The position numbers were made by a program, and so were the translations under genes. DNA of 64,000 nt from Candidatus Iainarchaeum sp. GTDB taxonomy: Archaea; Iainarchaeota; Iainarchaeia; Iainarchaeales; JAXPJC01. Below, one piece after another: positions 39,540 to 47,345 of this stretch (position 1 is its first letter; the number at the start of each line of letters is the position of its first letter). The notes beneath the pieces are model-generated. The model had not been told where the DNA came from. It worked only from the letters and a program-made list of their open reading frames with translations, and ran no database searches. The stretch spans positions 1,118-65,117 of the forward strand of contig JACPJC010000009.1 of the NCBI GenBank assembly GCA_016187745.1, written 5' to 3'.

Positions 39540-40508
39540 CTATTTGCCATATTTTCTGAACAGCTTTATGATGCTGAAATCTGCTTCACTGTGCCTGTCA
39601 AGCCCAAGCCTTTCATACACAATTGCCGCAAAGCTGGCAGGCGCCAGGCACCCAAGCTCGCATATTATTTCCTTTATGTAAGTTGCGCGCGTAATGTCAA
39701 ATGCCGGATTCCTTATTTTCAAGTGTTTCATTTTTTTCTCCCAGATTTCAAGCGGGGGGCGCTCCTCGATTATTTCCAGCTCTCCGAAAGTTGTCAGGGG
39801 GTCAAACTTGTGCGAGGAGCACGCAACATAATGCGGAACATTTTCCTTTGCAGCGGCAAGCGAGATCTGCGCAGTGCCTATCTTGTTCACAACATCGCCG
39901 TTTGCAAGGATTGCATCCGCGCCCGTAATCAATAAATCAGCGCCGTGCATAAGGGGATAGGCCGCGGAATCAGCAATGATTGTAACTGGAATTCCGGATT
40001 TCGCAAGGTTTTCTGCGGTAATGCGCCCCTGCATTTTTGGGCGCGTTTCAGTGCATATAACCCCCTTGAGCCTTCTTTCCTTCCATGCCCTTTTCAGGAT
40101 TTCCTCGACTGTGTTTGAGTGGCAGTGCGTAAAAACAACCGCGCCTTTTGGGATTATGCCGGAGCCGAATTCAGCAATTTTTTCAAGCGCCTTTTTCCTG
40201 TCCGATTCATAGCTGTTGCAAGCGGATATTATTTTTTGCTTCAGCTCACGGGCAGAATCCGTTTTGGACTGCACCACCCTTAGGATTACCCTGAGCGCTG
40301 TGCGCATTTCGGGCTCGGTCGCCCTTGAGTTAAGGAAGAGAAGCATGCCCTGCTTTATCTCATTGCGCAGTTTCTCAGCGCTTCCGGCCCTGCTTTCCTG
40401 CGCCTCCCTTCTAATGGCTTCCACAACCGCAACCCTGACTTTTCCCGCGCCCTGTATTTTAAGCGCCTTAATGTCAGAAACAGTTTTTTTCAATTTTTTT
40501 CCAGGCAC
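39540..40508 (-). CDS. Ribose-1,5-bisphosphate isomerase (eIF2B family)
   Basis: KIQGA, SRATEP, THCHS, TETRPKMQG, GADA, NKIGT, NPAFD; AMP phosphorylase is in the same window. Confidence 0.82.
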   Translation of the reverse strand: MPGKKLKKTVSDIKALKIQGAGKVRVAVVEAIRREAQESRAGSAEKLRNEIKQGMLLFLNSRATEPEMRTALRVILRVVQSKTDSARELKQKIISACNSYESDRKKALEKIAEFGSGIIPKGAVVFTHCHSNTVEEILKRAWKERRLKGVICTETRPKMQGRITAENLAKSGIPVTIIADSAAYPLMHGADLLITGADAILANGDVVNKIGTAQISLAAAKENVPHYVACSSHKFDPLTTFGELEIIEERPPLEIWEKKMKHLKIRNPAFDITRATYIKEIICELGCLAPASFAAIVYERLGLDRHSEADFSIIKLFRKYGK

Positions 40509-40520
40509 TTTATCACCGCG

Positions 40521-40577
40521 TTTTTTCTTCGGATAAAACCCAGGCTTTCTTTTTTCCTAAAAAAGAAAGGATTGGTT
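40521..40577 (-). repeat. ~57-bp intergenic hairpin element, copy 1
   Basis: Reverse complement matches 41776-41835 (about 38/47 over the core). Confidence 0.7.
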
Positions 40578-40658
40578 TATAAACACCCCAAGGTTTAAAA
40601 GGATGTTATTTTACAATTAATACATAGCCTATATTTAAGGTTTATTGAAAATTTCGGG

Positions 40659-41777
40659 GTGGTCTTTTTGAAGGGAATTGTGCAAAGGGCGCTGAAAACA
40701 GCAAAATACTCTGCACCCGTAAGGGGCAGGCACTCAGTAAAGGGCGATGATTCCTTGGGGAAGCTTCTTGAGTCCATAAAGGCGAAAATCCGCGTTGTTG
40801 GAGTTGGGGGAGGGGGCTGCAATACGCTTGAGAGGATGACTGAGATTGGCATACACGGCGCGGAAACTTTTGCTGTTAATACCGATGCGCAGGATTTATT
40901 GAATACGCTTGCAGACCGCAAGATACTTATCGGAAGGGAAGTAACGCGCGGCCTTGGCTCAGGCTCCGACCCTACAGTCGGGGAAGCCGCGGCGCGCGAG
41001 AGCTTCGACGATTTGAAGGAAATCCTTTCGGATTCCGACCTCATATTCATAACGTGCGGAATGGGCGGCGGCACAGGAACCGGCGCAGCGCCTATTGTTG
41101 CCGAATTGGCGCAGGATTTGAATGCGCTTACCGTTGCTGTTGTAACGCTCCCATTTACTGTTGAGGGAAGGAAAAGGATGGAGAACGCAATGGAGGGGCT
41201 TGCGAAAATGCGCAAGAACGCCGACACGATAATAATAATCCCGAATGACAAAATACTTGAGATTGCGCCCGACCTTCCAGTGAATGCCGCATTCAAGGTC
41301 GCGGATGAAGTGCTTACAAATGCCGTTAAGGGAATTACTGAAATGATAACAAAGCCGGGCCTGATAAATCTTGATTTCGCTGACCTGAAAACAATACTGA
41401 AAAAAGGCGGCGCAGCAATGATAGGGCTTGGGGAAAGCCAGAGCGAAAGGGCAGCGGATTCCCGCGCATTAGAGGCTGTTGAAAATGCGCTTACTTCCCC
41501 ATTGCTTGATGTTGACATTTCAGGGGCGAACCGCGCATTGGTGAATGTTGTGGGGGGGCAGGACATGACTTTGAGGGAAGCTGAAATGATTGTTGAGGCG
41601 GTTTCAGCGAAAATAAACTCAAATGCGCACATAATATGGGGCGCGATGATAAGCGATGACTTGCCCAAGAACCAGATACAGGCGATGATTGTGATTGCGG
41701 GAGGGCGCTTCCCCTTCCTTGACCACGCGGCAACAGAATCCGGGGAGCTTGATTTGGGCATAGAATTCACAGATTAA
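40659..41777 (+). CDS. ftsZ: Cell division protein FtsZ
   Basis: GVGGGGCN, NTDAQDL, GMGGGTGTG, NLDFAD. Confidence 0.97.
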   Translation: MVFLKGIVQRALKTAKYSAPVRGRHSVKGDDSLGKLLESIKAKIRVVGVGGGGCNTLERMTEIGIHGAETFAVNTDAQDLLNTLADRKILIGREVTRGLGSGSDPTVGEAAARESFDDLKEILSDSDLIFITCGMGGGTGTGAAPIVAELAQDLNALTVAVVTLPFTVEGRKRMENAMEGLAKMRKNADTIIIIPNDKILEIAPDLPVNAAFKVADEVLTNAVKGITEMITKPGLINLDFADLKTILKKGGAAMIGLGESQSERAADSRALEAVENALTSPLLDVDISGANRALVNVVGGQDMTLREAEMIVEAVSAKINSNAHIIWGAMISDDLPKNQIQAMIVIAGGRFPFLDHAATESGELDLGIEFTD

Positions 41778-41835
41778 CCAATCCCTTTTCTTTTAGGAAA
41801 AGGAAAGGTCTAGGTTTTATCCCAAAAGAAAAACC
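41776..41835 (+). repeat. ~57-bp intergenic hairpin element, copy 2
   Basis: AACCAATCC-CTTTTCTTTT AGG AAAAGGAAAGG..GGTTTTATCC; inverted relative to copy 1. Confidence 0.7.
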
Positions 41836-41914
41836 AAGGAAAAAATAATTTTGAAGTTATCCAAAAAGAAAATAACTTTCAGGGAAAAATATAAAAAATC
41901 AGAGGTTGATTAAA

Positions 41915-42127
41915 ATGTACGGCACAGAGCAAACGGGCAAAGTTACAATAAGGCAGAGGATTTCTGAATTCATCGGGACGAGCAGGCGCATATTGATTGT
42001 CTCCCAGAAGCCTAGCTGGCTTGAATACAAGACCATGGCCAAAATTACCGCGCTCGGGATTGCGCTCATTGCGGTTATTGATTATGTTATAACCCTGGCC
42101 TTCAGGCTGCTCGGCCTTGGCATATGA
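41915..42127 (+). CDS. secE: Protein translocase SecE/Sec61-gamma
   Basis: RILIVSQKPSWLEY followed by a TM helix; ftsZ-secE-spt5 synteny. Confidence 0.9.
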   Translation: MYGTEQTGKVTIRQRISEFIGTSRRILIVSQKPSWLEYKTMAKITALGIALIAVIDYVITLAFRLLGLGI

Positions 42128-42206
42128 GCCCAATTAACCCCTTTATAAACCTTTATATTTTATATTTTTATATCAAATATTCGCTGATTGTTTTGGATGA
42201 TTTGAA

Positions 42207-42647
42207 ATGATTTTCACTGTGCGCACAACTGTTGGGCAGGAGAGTTTGGTAGTGGACATTCTCGCGAACAAAATCCACAAGGAAGAGCTTAATATCTACT
42301 CGCTTGTTGTTGTGCCCGGCATAAAGGGCTACATACTTGCGGAAGCTGACAATGAAATGACCGTAAGAAGGGGAATTACAAACACCCCCCACATAAAGGG
42401 GAAGGGCGTTGTCGGCGGAGAAGTAAAAATTGCAGAGCTTTCCTCAATACTTGAATCAAAGCCCCTTATGAAATCAATAAAGGAAGGCCAGGTTGTTGAG
42501 ATTGCTGCCGGCCCATTCAAGGGGGAGAAGGCGCGCGTCATAAGGGTGAATGAGACAAAAGAGGAAATTACAGTTGAACTGCTTGAAGCGGCGGTTAAGA
42601 TCCCGGTTACAATAAGCGCGCAGCAGATAAGGGTTTTGGGGGAATGA
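42207..42647 (+). CDS. spt5: Transcription elongation factor Spt5 (NusG)
   Basis: VRTTVGQE, KGYILAE, KOW motif VEIAAGPFKGE. Confidence 0.95.
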   Translation: MIFTVRTTVGQESLVVDILANKIHKEELNIYSLVVVPGIKGYILAEADNEMTVRRGITNTPHIKGKGVVGGEVKIAELSSILESKPLMKSIKEGQVVEIAAGPFKGEKARVIRVNETKEEITVELLEAAVKIPVTISAQQIRVLGE

Positions 42648-42650
42648 AAA

Positions 42651-42902
42651 ATGAAGGCGCCCATAAAAAAAGCTAAGATAATAAAAATAAGAATGACTGC
42701 CAGAAATCCATACAACATATCACAATTAATTGATTTGCAAAAAAAACTTCCAAGTGAAATTGAAAAATTACATAGGAAATATGAGAAACTTTCAGAATCA
42801 GCTGATGTAAATAAAATAGGAGAATTCAAAAGAGTCAAGGCAGTTCTGTTGAAATGTATTAAAGTAGAAAGGCAGATTAATGAAATTCTTACTGGAAAAT
42901 GA
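42651..42902 (+). CDS. Basic AT-rich orphan protein between spt5 and rpl11
   Basis: 83-aa ORF exactly filling the gap, K-rich, helical. Confidence 0.55.
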   Translation: MKAPIKKAKIIKIRMTARNPYNISQLIDLQKKLPSEIEKLHRKYEKLSESADVNKIGEFKRVKAVLLKCIKVERQINEILTGK

Positions 42903-42914
42903 GGAAATGAAAAT

Positions 42915-43403
42915 ATGCCTGAAGTGAAAGTTCTGGTTGAAGGGGGAAAGGCAACGCCTGCGCCTCCGCTTGGGCCGAGTTTAGCCCCATTAGGAGTGAA
43001 TATCGGCGAGATTGTGAAGCAGATAAACGAGAAGACAAAGGAATTCGCGGGAATGAAAGTCCCTGTAACCGTTGCTGTGGATTCCGCAACAAAGGATTTT
43101 GAGATAAAAATCGGAAGCCCGCCAGCAAGCGAATTGATAAAGCGCGAGATTAAGATCCAGAAAGGCGCGGCAAACCCCAAAACCGAGGAAGCGGGGAACA
43201 TCAAGATTGAGCAGCTGCTGAAAGTAACTAAAATGAAATTCCAGAACATGAATTCCTACAGGATGAAAAGCGCTGTTAAGGAGATTGCGGGAACCTGCGC
43301 AAGCCTAGGGATAAGGGTTGATGGGAAGAAGGCAAGGGAATTCCAGAAGGATGTAGATGAGGGCAAGTACGATGCTGCCATAGAGCAGGCGGGCGCTGCG
43401 TAG
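42915..43403 (+). CDS. rpl11: 50S ribosomal protein uL11
   Basis: GGKATPAPPLGPSL, GMKVPV, GTCASLG. Confidence 0.97.
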   Translation: MPEVKVLVEGGKATPAPPLGPSLAPLGVNIGEIVKQINEKTKEFAGMKVPVTVAVDSATKDFEIKIGSPPASELIKREIKIQKGAANPKTEEAGNIKIEQLLKVTKMKFQNMNSYRMKSAVKEIAGTCASLGIRVDGKKAREFQKDVDEGKYDAAIEQAGAA

Positions 43404-43405
43404 TG

Positions 43406-43413
43406 TTTATAAA
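43406..43413 (+). promoter_or_regulatory. Putative TATA box for rpl1-rpl10-rpl12
   Basis: TTTATAAA in the rpl11-rpl1 gap, upstream of GGAGG and the GTG start. Confidence 0.45.
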
Positions 43414-43477
43414 TATTCCCGTATGTGAATTAGTATAGTTTTGCCGGAATTACTGCCATTTGGCAGGAGGTTTTTTT

Positions 43478-44143
43478 GTGAATTCGCAGGATTTTCTAGC
43501 AGCTGTGCAGAAAATGCGCTCTGGCGCCGAAAAGCGCAAATTCAGGCAGGCTGTTGATTTGGCAATAAATTTCAAGGACATGGACTTCAGCAAGCCCGAC
43601 AACAGGATAGAGCTGAGCATAAAGCTTCCTCATGCGTATAAGGCCGGCACTTCAAGGGCTGTTGTATTTGCAAGGGACAAGGGATTTGCCTCCGCGCTTT
43701 CGGGAAAGGCGAAGGTAATACTTGAGAATGAGATTCCCGCGCTTGACAAGAAGGCAGTTGAAGCCCTGCTTAATGAATATGATGTTTTCCTTGCCGAGGG
43801 GCCTGTAATGCTTTCAGTTGGAAAATACCTCGGGCAGCAGCTGGCGCCAAAGGGAAAAATGCCCAAGCCTGTAAATGCTGATGTGAAGGCTTTTGATTCA
43901 ATGCTGGCAAGCGCCTCCGGCAGCGCGAAATTGGGCAACAAGAAGGGAAAGAACATGCCTGTTGTTCATTCAGCAATAGGCAATGAGGAAATGCCTGATG
44001 AGAAGCTTGCGGAAAATGCATTTGCGGTTTATTCTGCGGTTCTTGCGGAACTCCCCTCAGGCGAGCAGAACATCAAATCCATTTATATGAAACTTACAAT
44101 GGGCCCCGCGATAAAGATAGGGGAAAAGGCAAACAAGGAATGA
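43478..44143 (+). CDS. rpl1: 50S ribosomal protein uL1
   Basis: KRKFRQAVDLAINFK, LAPKGKMP, KLTMGP; GTG start after GGAGG. Confidence 0.95.
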   Translation: MNSQDFLAAVQKMRSGAEKRKFRQAVDLAINFKDMDFSKPDNRIELSIKLPHAYKAGTSRAVVFARDKGFASALSGKAKVILENEIPALDKKAVEALLNEYDVFLAEGPVMLSVGKYLGQQLAPKGKMPKPVNADVKAFDSMLASASGSAKLGNKKGKNMPVVHSAIGNEEMPDEKLAENAFAVYSAVLAELPSGEQNIKSIYMKLTMGPAIKIGEKANKE

Positions 44144-44147
44144 AATC

Positions 44148-45002
44148 ATGGCTAAAATGCACACAAGGGCATGGAAGGAGAATGAGCTTAAGGACGTTGC
44201 CTCGCTTATTGGGAAGTATTCTGTCATAGGGGTTGCGGACCTTGAGAATTTCCCTGCGGATTTGTTCCAGAAACTGCGCAAGCAGCTTAATGGGAAGGTT
44301 GAATTTACAGTTTCAAAGCAGCGCGTAATTAAGAAAGCATTTGAGCAGTCAAAGCTTAAGGAAAGTGGCCTGCTTGATTCAATAAAAGGAAGCTGCGCGA
44401 TAATTGCAACAAACCTCAATCCCTTTGAGCTTTATGCAATCCTCAAGAAGAATTCTGGCAAGATAGGCGCAAAGCCAGGAATCATTGCGCCTTTTGATAT
44501 TATTGTTCCTGCCGGAGACACAGGACTTCCTCCCGGCCCCGCACTAAGCGACCTAAAGCAGGCAGGCCTTCCTGTAAAGGTGCAGGGCGCGACAATATCA
44601 ATTCCCGAGGATACGGTTGTTGCGAAGAAGGGGGAAATAATAAAGCCGGTTGTTGCTAGCACGCTTGCGAAATTAGACATAAAGCCGATAAAGGTAATGC
44701 TTAATCTGGTTTGCGCATACGAATCAGGCCAGCTCTACAAGGCAGAAGTTCTTGATATGGACATTGAGGAGCAGACAGCAAAATTCTGCACTGCGCACAG
44801 GAATGCGCTTGCGGTTGCGCTTGAAATCGCATACTGCGCAAGTGCGACAACTCCATTGCTCCTGCAGAAGGCGCACAGGAATGCGCTTGCGGTTGCGCTT
44901 GAGAGCTCATTCCCCGAAAAGGATGTCCTGCCATTGCTCCTGCAGAGGGCTGAAATGCAGGCGAATGCAATAAAGGCGAAAATTCCAGAGGTTAGCGCTT
45001 AG
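44148..45002 (+). CDS. rpl10: 50S ribosomal protein uL10 (aP0), without an acidic C-terminal tail
   Basis: AWKENE, NLNPFEL, AKPG..AP.DI.VPAGDTG..PGP. Confidence 0.95.
   Translation: MAKMHTRAWKENELKDVASLIGKYSVIGVADLENFPADLFQKLRKQLNGKVEFTVSKQRVIKKAFEQSKLKESGLLDSIKGSCAIIATNLNPFELYAILKKNSGKIGAKPGIIAPFDIIVPAGDTGLPPGPALSDLKQAGLPVKVQGATISIPEDTVVAKKGEIIKPVVASTLAKLDIKPIKVMLNLVCAYESGQLYKAEVLDMDIEEQTAKFCTAHRNALAVALEIAYCASATTPLLLQKAHRNALAVALESSFPEKDVLPLLLQRAEMQANAIKAKIPEVSA
44793..44946 (+). repeat. 78-bp-period direct repeat in rpl10 (aP1-dimer binding helices)
   Basis: GCGCACAGGAATGCGCTTGCGGTTGCGCTTGA identical at 44793 and 44871; CCATTGCTCCTGCAGA at 44853 and 44931. Confidence 0.9.
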
Positions 45003-45031
45003 CAATTATTGAATGAAACGGAGGTCAGAAA

Positions 45032-45328
45032 ATGGAATACATATACACGGCAATGTTGCTGCATGCAGCAAAGAAGGACATAACGGAAACGGCAGTGGAA
45101 AAAACACTCGAGGCGGCAGGAATCAAGGCTGATTCTGCAAAGGCAAAGGCTTTGGTTGCTTCACTCAAGGACATAAACATAGATGAGGCAATAAAGTCCG
45201 CGGTTTTCGCAGCGCCAGCAGCAGCGGCAGCGCCAGCAGAAGGCAAATCAGCAAAGAAGGAAGAGAAGAAGGAAGAGCACAAGACAGAGGAAGAGGCAGC
45301 AGCAGGCCTGGGCGCGCTCTTTGGGTAA
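45032..45328 (+). CDS. rpl12: Ribosomal stalk protein aP1 (L12p)
   Basis: MEYIYTAMLLH...EEEAAAGLGALFG. Confidence 0.97.
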   Translation: MEYIYTAMLLHAAKKDITETAVEKTLEAAGIKADSAKAKALVASLKDINIDEAIKSAVFAAPAAAAAPAEGKSAKKEEKKEEHKTEEEAAAGLGALFG

Positions 45329-45346
45329 TTTTTGCAAAATTTATTT

Positions 45347-46069
45347 TTATTTTGCAACTTCCCAGAGTAGCCCAAACTGTTTTCTGTAAGCATCAGCTAT
45401 TTCCTTGTTTCTGATGATGATCAGGTGGCTTGGCTGGCCCCACAGGTATATTTGGATATTGTCGCCATAAATCTGGGTTGGATTGGGATTAAAGAACTTT
45501 TCAGGAATTTTCCTGTATTGGGTTGTTTTGCGTTTAAAGATTCCTTTTCCCCCTTCCTTAATAATTACTCTTTCTTTAATTCCAAACCGTTTCAAGTCAT
45601 GTTCATATAGTTTTACTGCAAGACTGTCCTCGGCCAATGGGATTGATTCGTCTACTGCAGTAGACAAAACCTCGCCCTTGGTTTTCTTCAGGGAGCTGAT
45701 GATATCTTTCAGGCCCACCCTAATCACATTCCTGCCTTTATAAGTTTCGACTATCAGCTTGTCTTGGACTTGTTTTTGTAAATTGGCCAGCTCAGGCAAC
45801 AATTGCTTGAATTGCTCAACTTCATCAGATAAATATTCTAAAATAATTTCAGGATTTACTGCCTTAAAAATCAGGTGCTTCCCCTCCTTTGCACTGCTCA
45901 CAAAGCCTTTCTCACCAAGCCTGTTTAATGCGTCATAACAGGCCTGCCTGTACAAACCGGTTTTTTTGGCCAATTCATAAACAGACAACTGGTTATTTCC
46001 CAATAAAGTCAAGTAAATGCTGGTCTCATAATCCGTTAAGCCAACCCTCTTCAGGAGTTCTTTATCCAT
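45347..46069 (-). CDS. TrmB-family transcriptional regulator
   Basis: GLTDYETSIYLTLL, ELAKKTGLYRQACYDALNRLGEKGFV; C-terminal PLD-like effector domain ending F..LW. Confidence 0.88.
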   Translation of the reverse strand: MDKELLKRVGLTDYETSIYLTLLGNNQLSVYELAKKTGLYRQACYDALNRLGEKGFVSSAKEGKHLIFKAVNPEIILEYLSDEVEQFKQLLPELANLQKQVQDKLIVETYKGRNVIRVGLKDIISSLKKTKGEVLSTAVDESIPLAEDSLAVKLYEHDLKRFGIKERVIIKEGGKGIFKRKTTQYRKIPEKFFNPNPTQIYGDNIQIYLWGQPSHLIIIRNKEIADAYRKQFGLLWEVAK

Positions 46070-46074
46070 TGTAA

Positions 46075-46101
46075 TATGAAATCATACGAATCAAATATAA
46101 A
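46075..46101. promoter_or_regulatory. Divergent promoter: palindrome TATGA-AA-TCATA (candidate operator) and TATA-like AAATATAAA ~25 nt before the radical SAM ATG
   Basis: Read directly in the 56-bp gap between divergent genes. Confidence 0.45.
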
Positions 46102-46125
46102 TCTATCCGAAGCAGAATATACTTT

Positions 46126-47259
46126 ATGAAATTAGATGTTAAGGCGTTTAACGGAGAGATGCTTCAGCCATTGCTTATTCTGGAGACTGAAAACTTTTGT
46201 GCTAATGCTAAGGAGCCATGCAAGCATTGCTCTGTTGAAGCCTTTTCGAATGTTTCAGAAGAAAGCATTGATTTTAACAAGGCTGTTGATGAGTTCATTG
46301 CCTTGTCTAATGGCGAAGGACACGTTGTTTTCAAGAATGGTGCGGGCGCTCTTGGAAACAAAGAGCTTTCATTAATCAGGAAATGCATTGAAAATGGCCT
46401 GGATGTTTCAATAACTACCGAAGGGGTTTTTGTTAGTGAGAAATTTGAAGAGGGAATAGGTGTTTTATTAAGGCGGTTTCCCGGAAAGATCAGCTATACT
46501 GTCTCATTGGATGGTTCAACCAAAGAGGTTTATGGACTTATAAGGCAAGAAAAGTACTTTGAGAAGGCCTGTGAATTCATTAAAAAACAGGTTGATAAAG
46601 GGATTTTTGTCTCAACAAACTTTGTAGTGCATAAAGGGAATGTAAATCACATCCCGGAATATGCTGATTTTGCAGTTCATGAATTAGGAGTCAAAAGAAT
46701 TAATTTCCTTCAATTAGGTCTGGCCGGGAATGCGCTCAAAAACCGCCTGGAAACAGCCGGACCAAAAGACTTCTTTGAGCAAATAATAAATCTCTTTGAA
46801 AAGGGAGATGCTGAAATAAATGATGCTTTAGAGAGCACCTTTGTTAAAGCAATTCAGGATTTGCAGGCTAGCCCCAATAAGCACTTCGCCTGCGAAGGTT
46901 GTGTTGCCGGAAGCAAAAATTTTGCTTTCATTAGGAGCAACGGTGGGATTTATCCCTGCTCAAGCCTTGAAGCACCCGGCTTCCTGGCGGGAAACATTAA
47001 AACAACAAGCCTTGAAGAGGCGATGAAAGGCAATGCCTTCAAGAAAGCAAGAAAACTTGCATTACGGCTTAAAGGGAACTATCCTGTAGTTAATATTTGC
47101 CCCGGAAGAAACGTTTCTATTGAGAAAGACAAGGAATTAGCCGAGTATATACGATCTTATTTGGATAAACAATTTATCACTCAAAACGTATTAAAAAAAA
47201 ACAGCAGCAGCCTGCTTCAACAGGGCATACTGACTGTCTGCTTCAACAGGGCATTCTAA
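46126..47259 (+). CDS. Radical SAM protein with SPASM/twitch-like domain and non-canonical CX6CX2C motif
   Basis: CANAKEPCKHC, ITTEG, VSLDG, CEGCVAG..IRSNGGIYPC, GNI, CPG; C-terminus CFNRAF. Confidence 0.85.
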   Translation: MKLDVKAFNGEMLQPLLILETENFCANAKEPCKHCSVEAFSNVSEESIDFNKAVDEFIALSNGEGHVVFKNGAGALGNKELSLIRKCIENGLDVSITTEGVFVSEKFEEGIGVLLRRFPGKISYTVSLDGSTKEVYGLIRQEKYFEKACEFIKKQVDKGIFVSTNFVVHKGNVNHIPEYADFAVHELGVKRINFLQLGLAGNALKNRLETAGPKDFFEQIINLFEKGDAEINDALESTFVKAIQDLQASPNKHFACEGCVAGSKNFAFIRSNGGIYPCSSLEAPGFLAGNIKTTSLEEAMKGNAFKKARKLALRLKGNYPVVNICPGRNVSIEKDKELAEYIRSYLDKQFITQNVLKKNSSSLLQQGILTVCFNRAF

Positions 47260-47289
47260 CGGCCTGCTTCAACAGGGCATGGTAGCAGC
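47212..47289 (+). repeat. 3 x 26-bp tandem repeat (core CTGCTTCAACAGGGCAT) after an A9 tract at the radical SAM 3' end
   Basis: Cores start at 47212, 47238 and 47264, followed by ACTGACTGT, TCTAACGGC and GGTAGCAGC. Confidence 0.97.
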
Positions 47290-47345
47290 ACCGCACACCC
47301 ATAGCAAAAAGGTTTTAAAGCACTTCAGCCTAATTCTAACCGGGT

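Noticed and set aside
40595-41770. 391-aa minus-strand ORF
   Set aside because: Antisense shadow of ftsZ, with no motifs.
42329-43249. 306-aa minus-strand ORF
   Set aside because: Antisense to spt5, the orphan and rpl11, which happen to share a frame.
47212-47289. Mini CRISPR array interpretation of the 3 x 26-bp repeat
   Set aside because: The 17-bp repeat and 9-bp spacers are far too short, and no cas genes are present.
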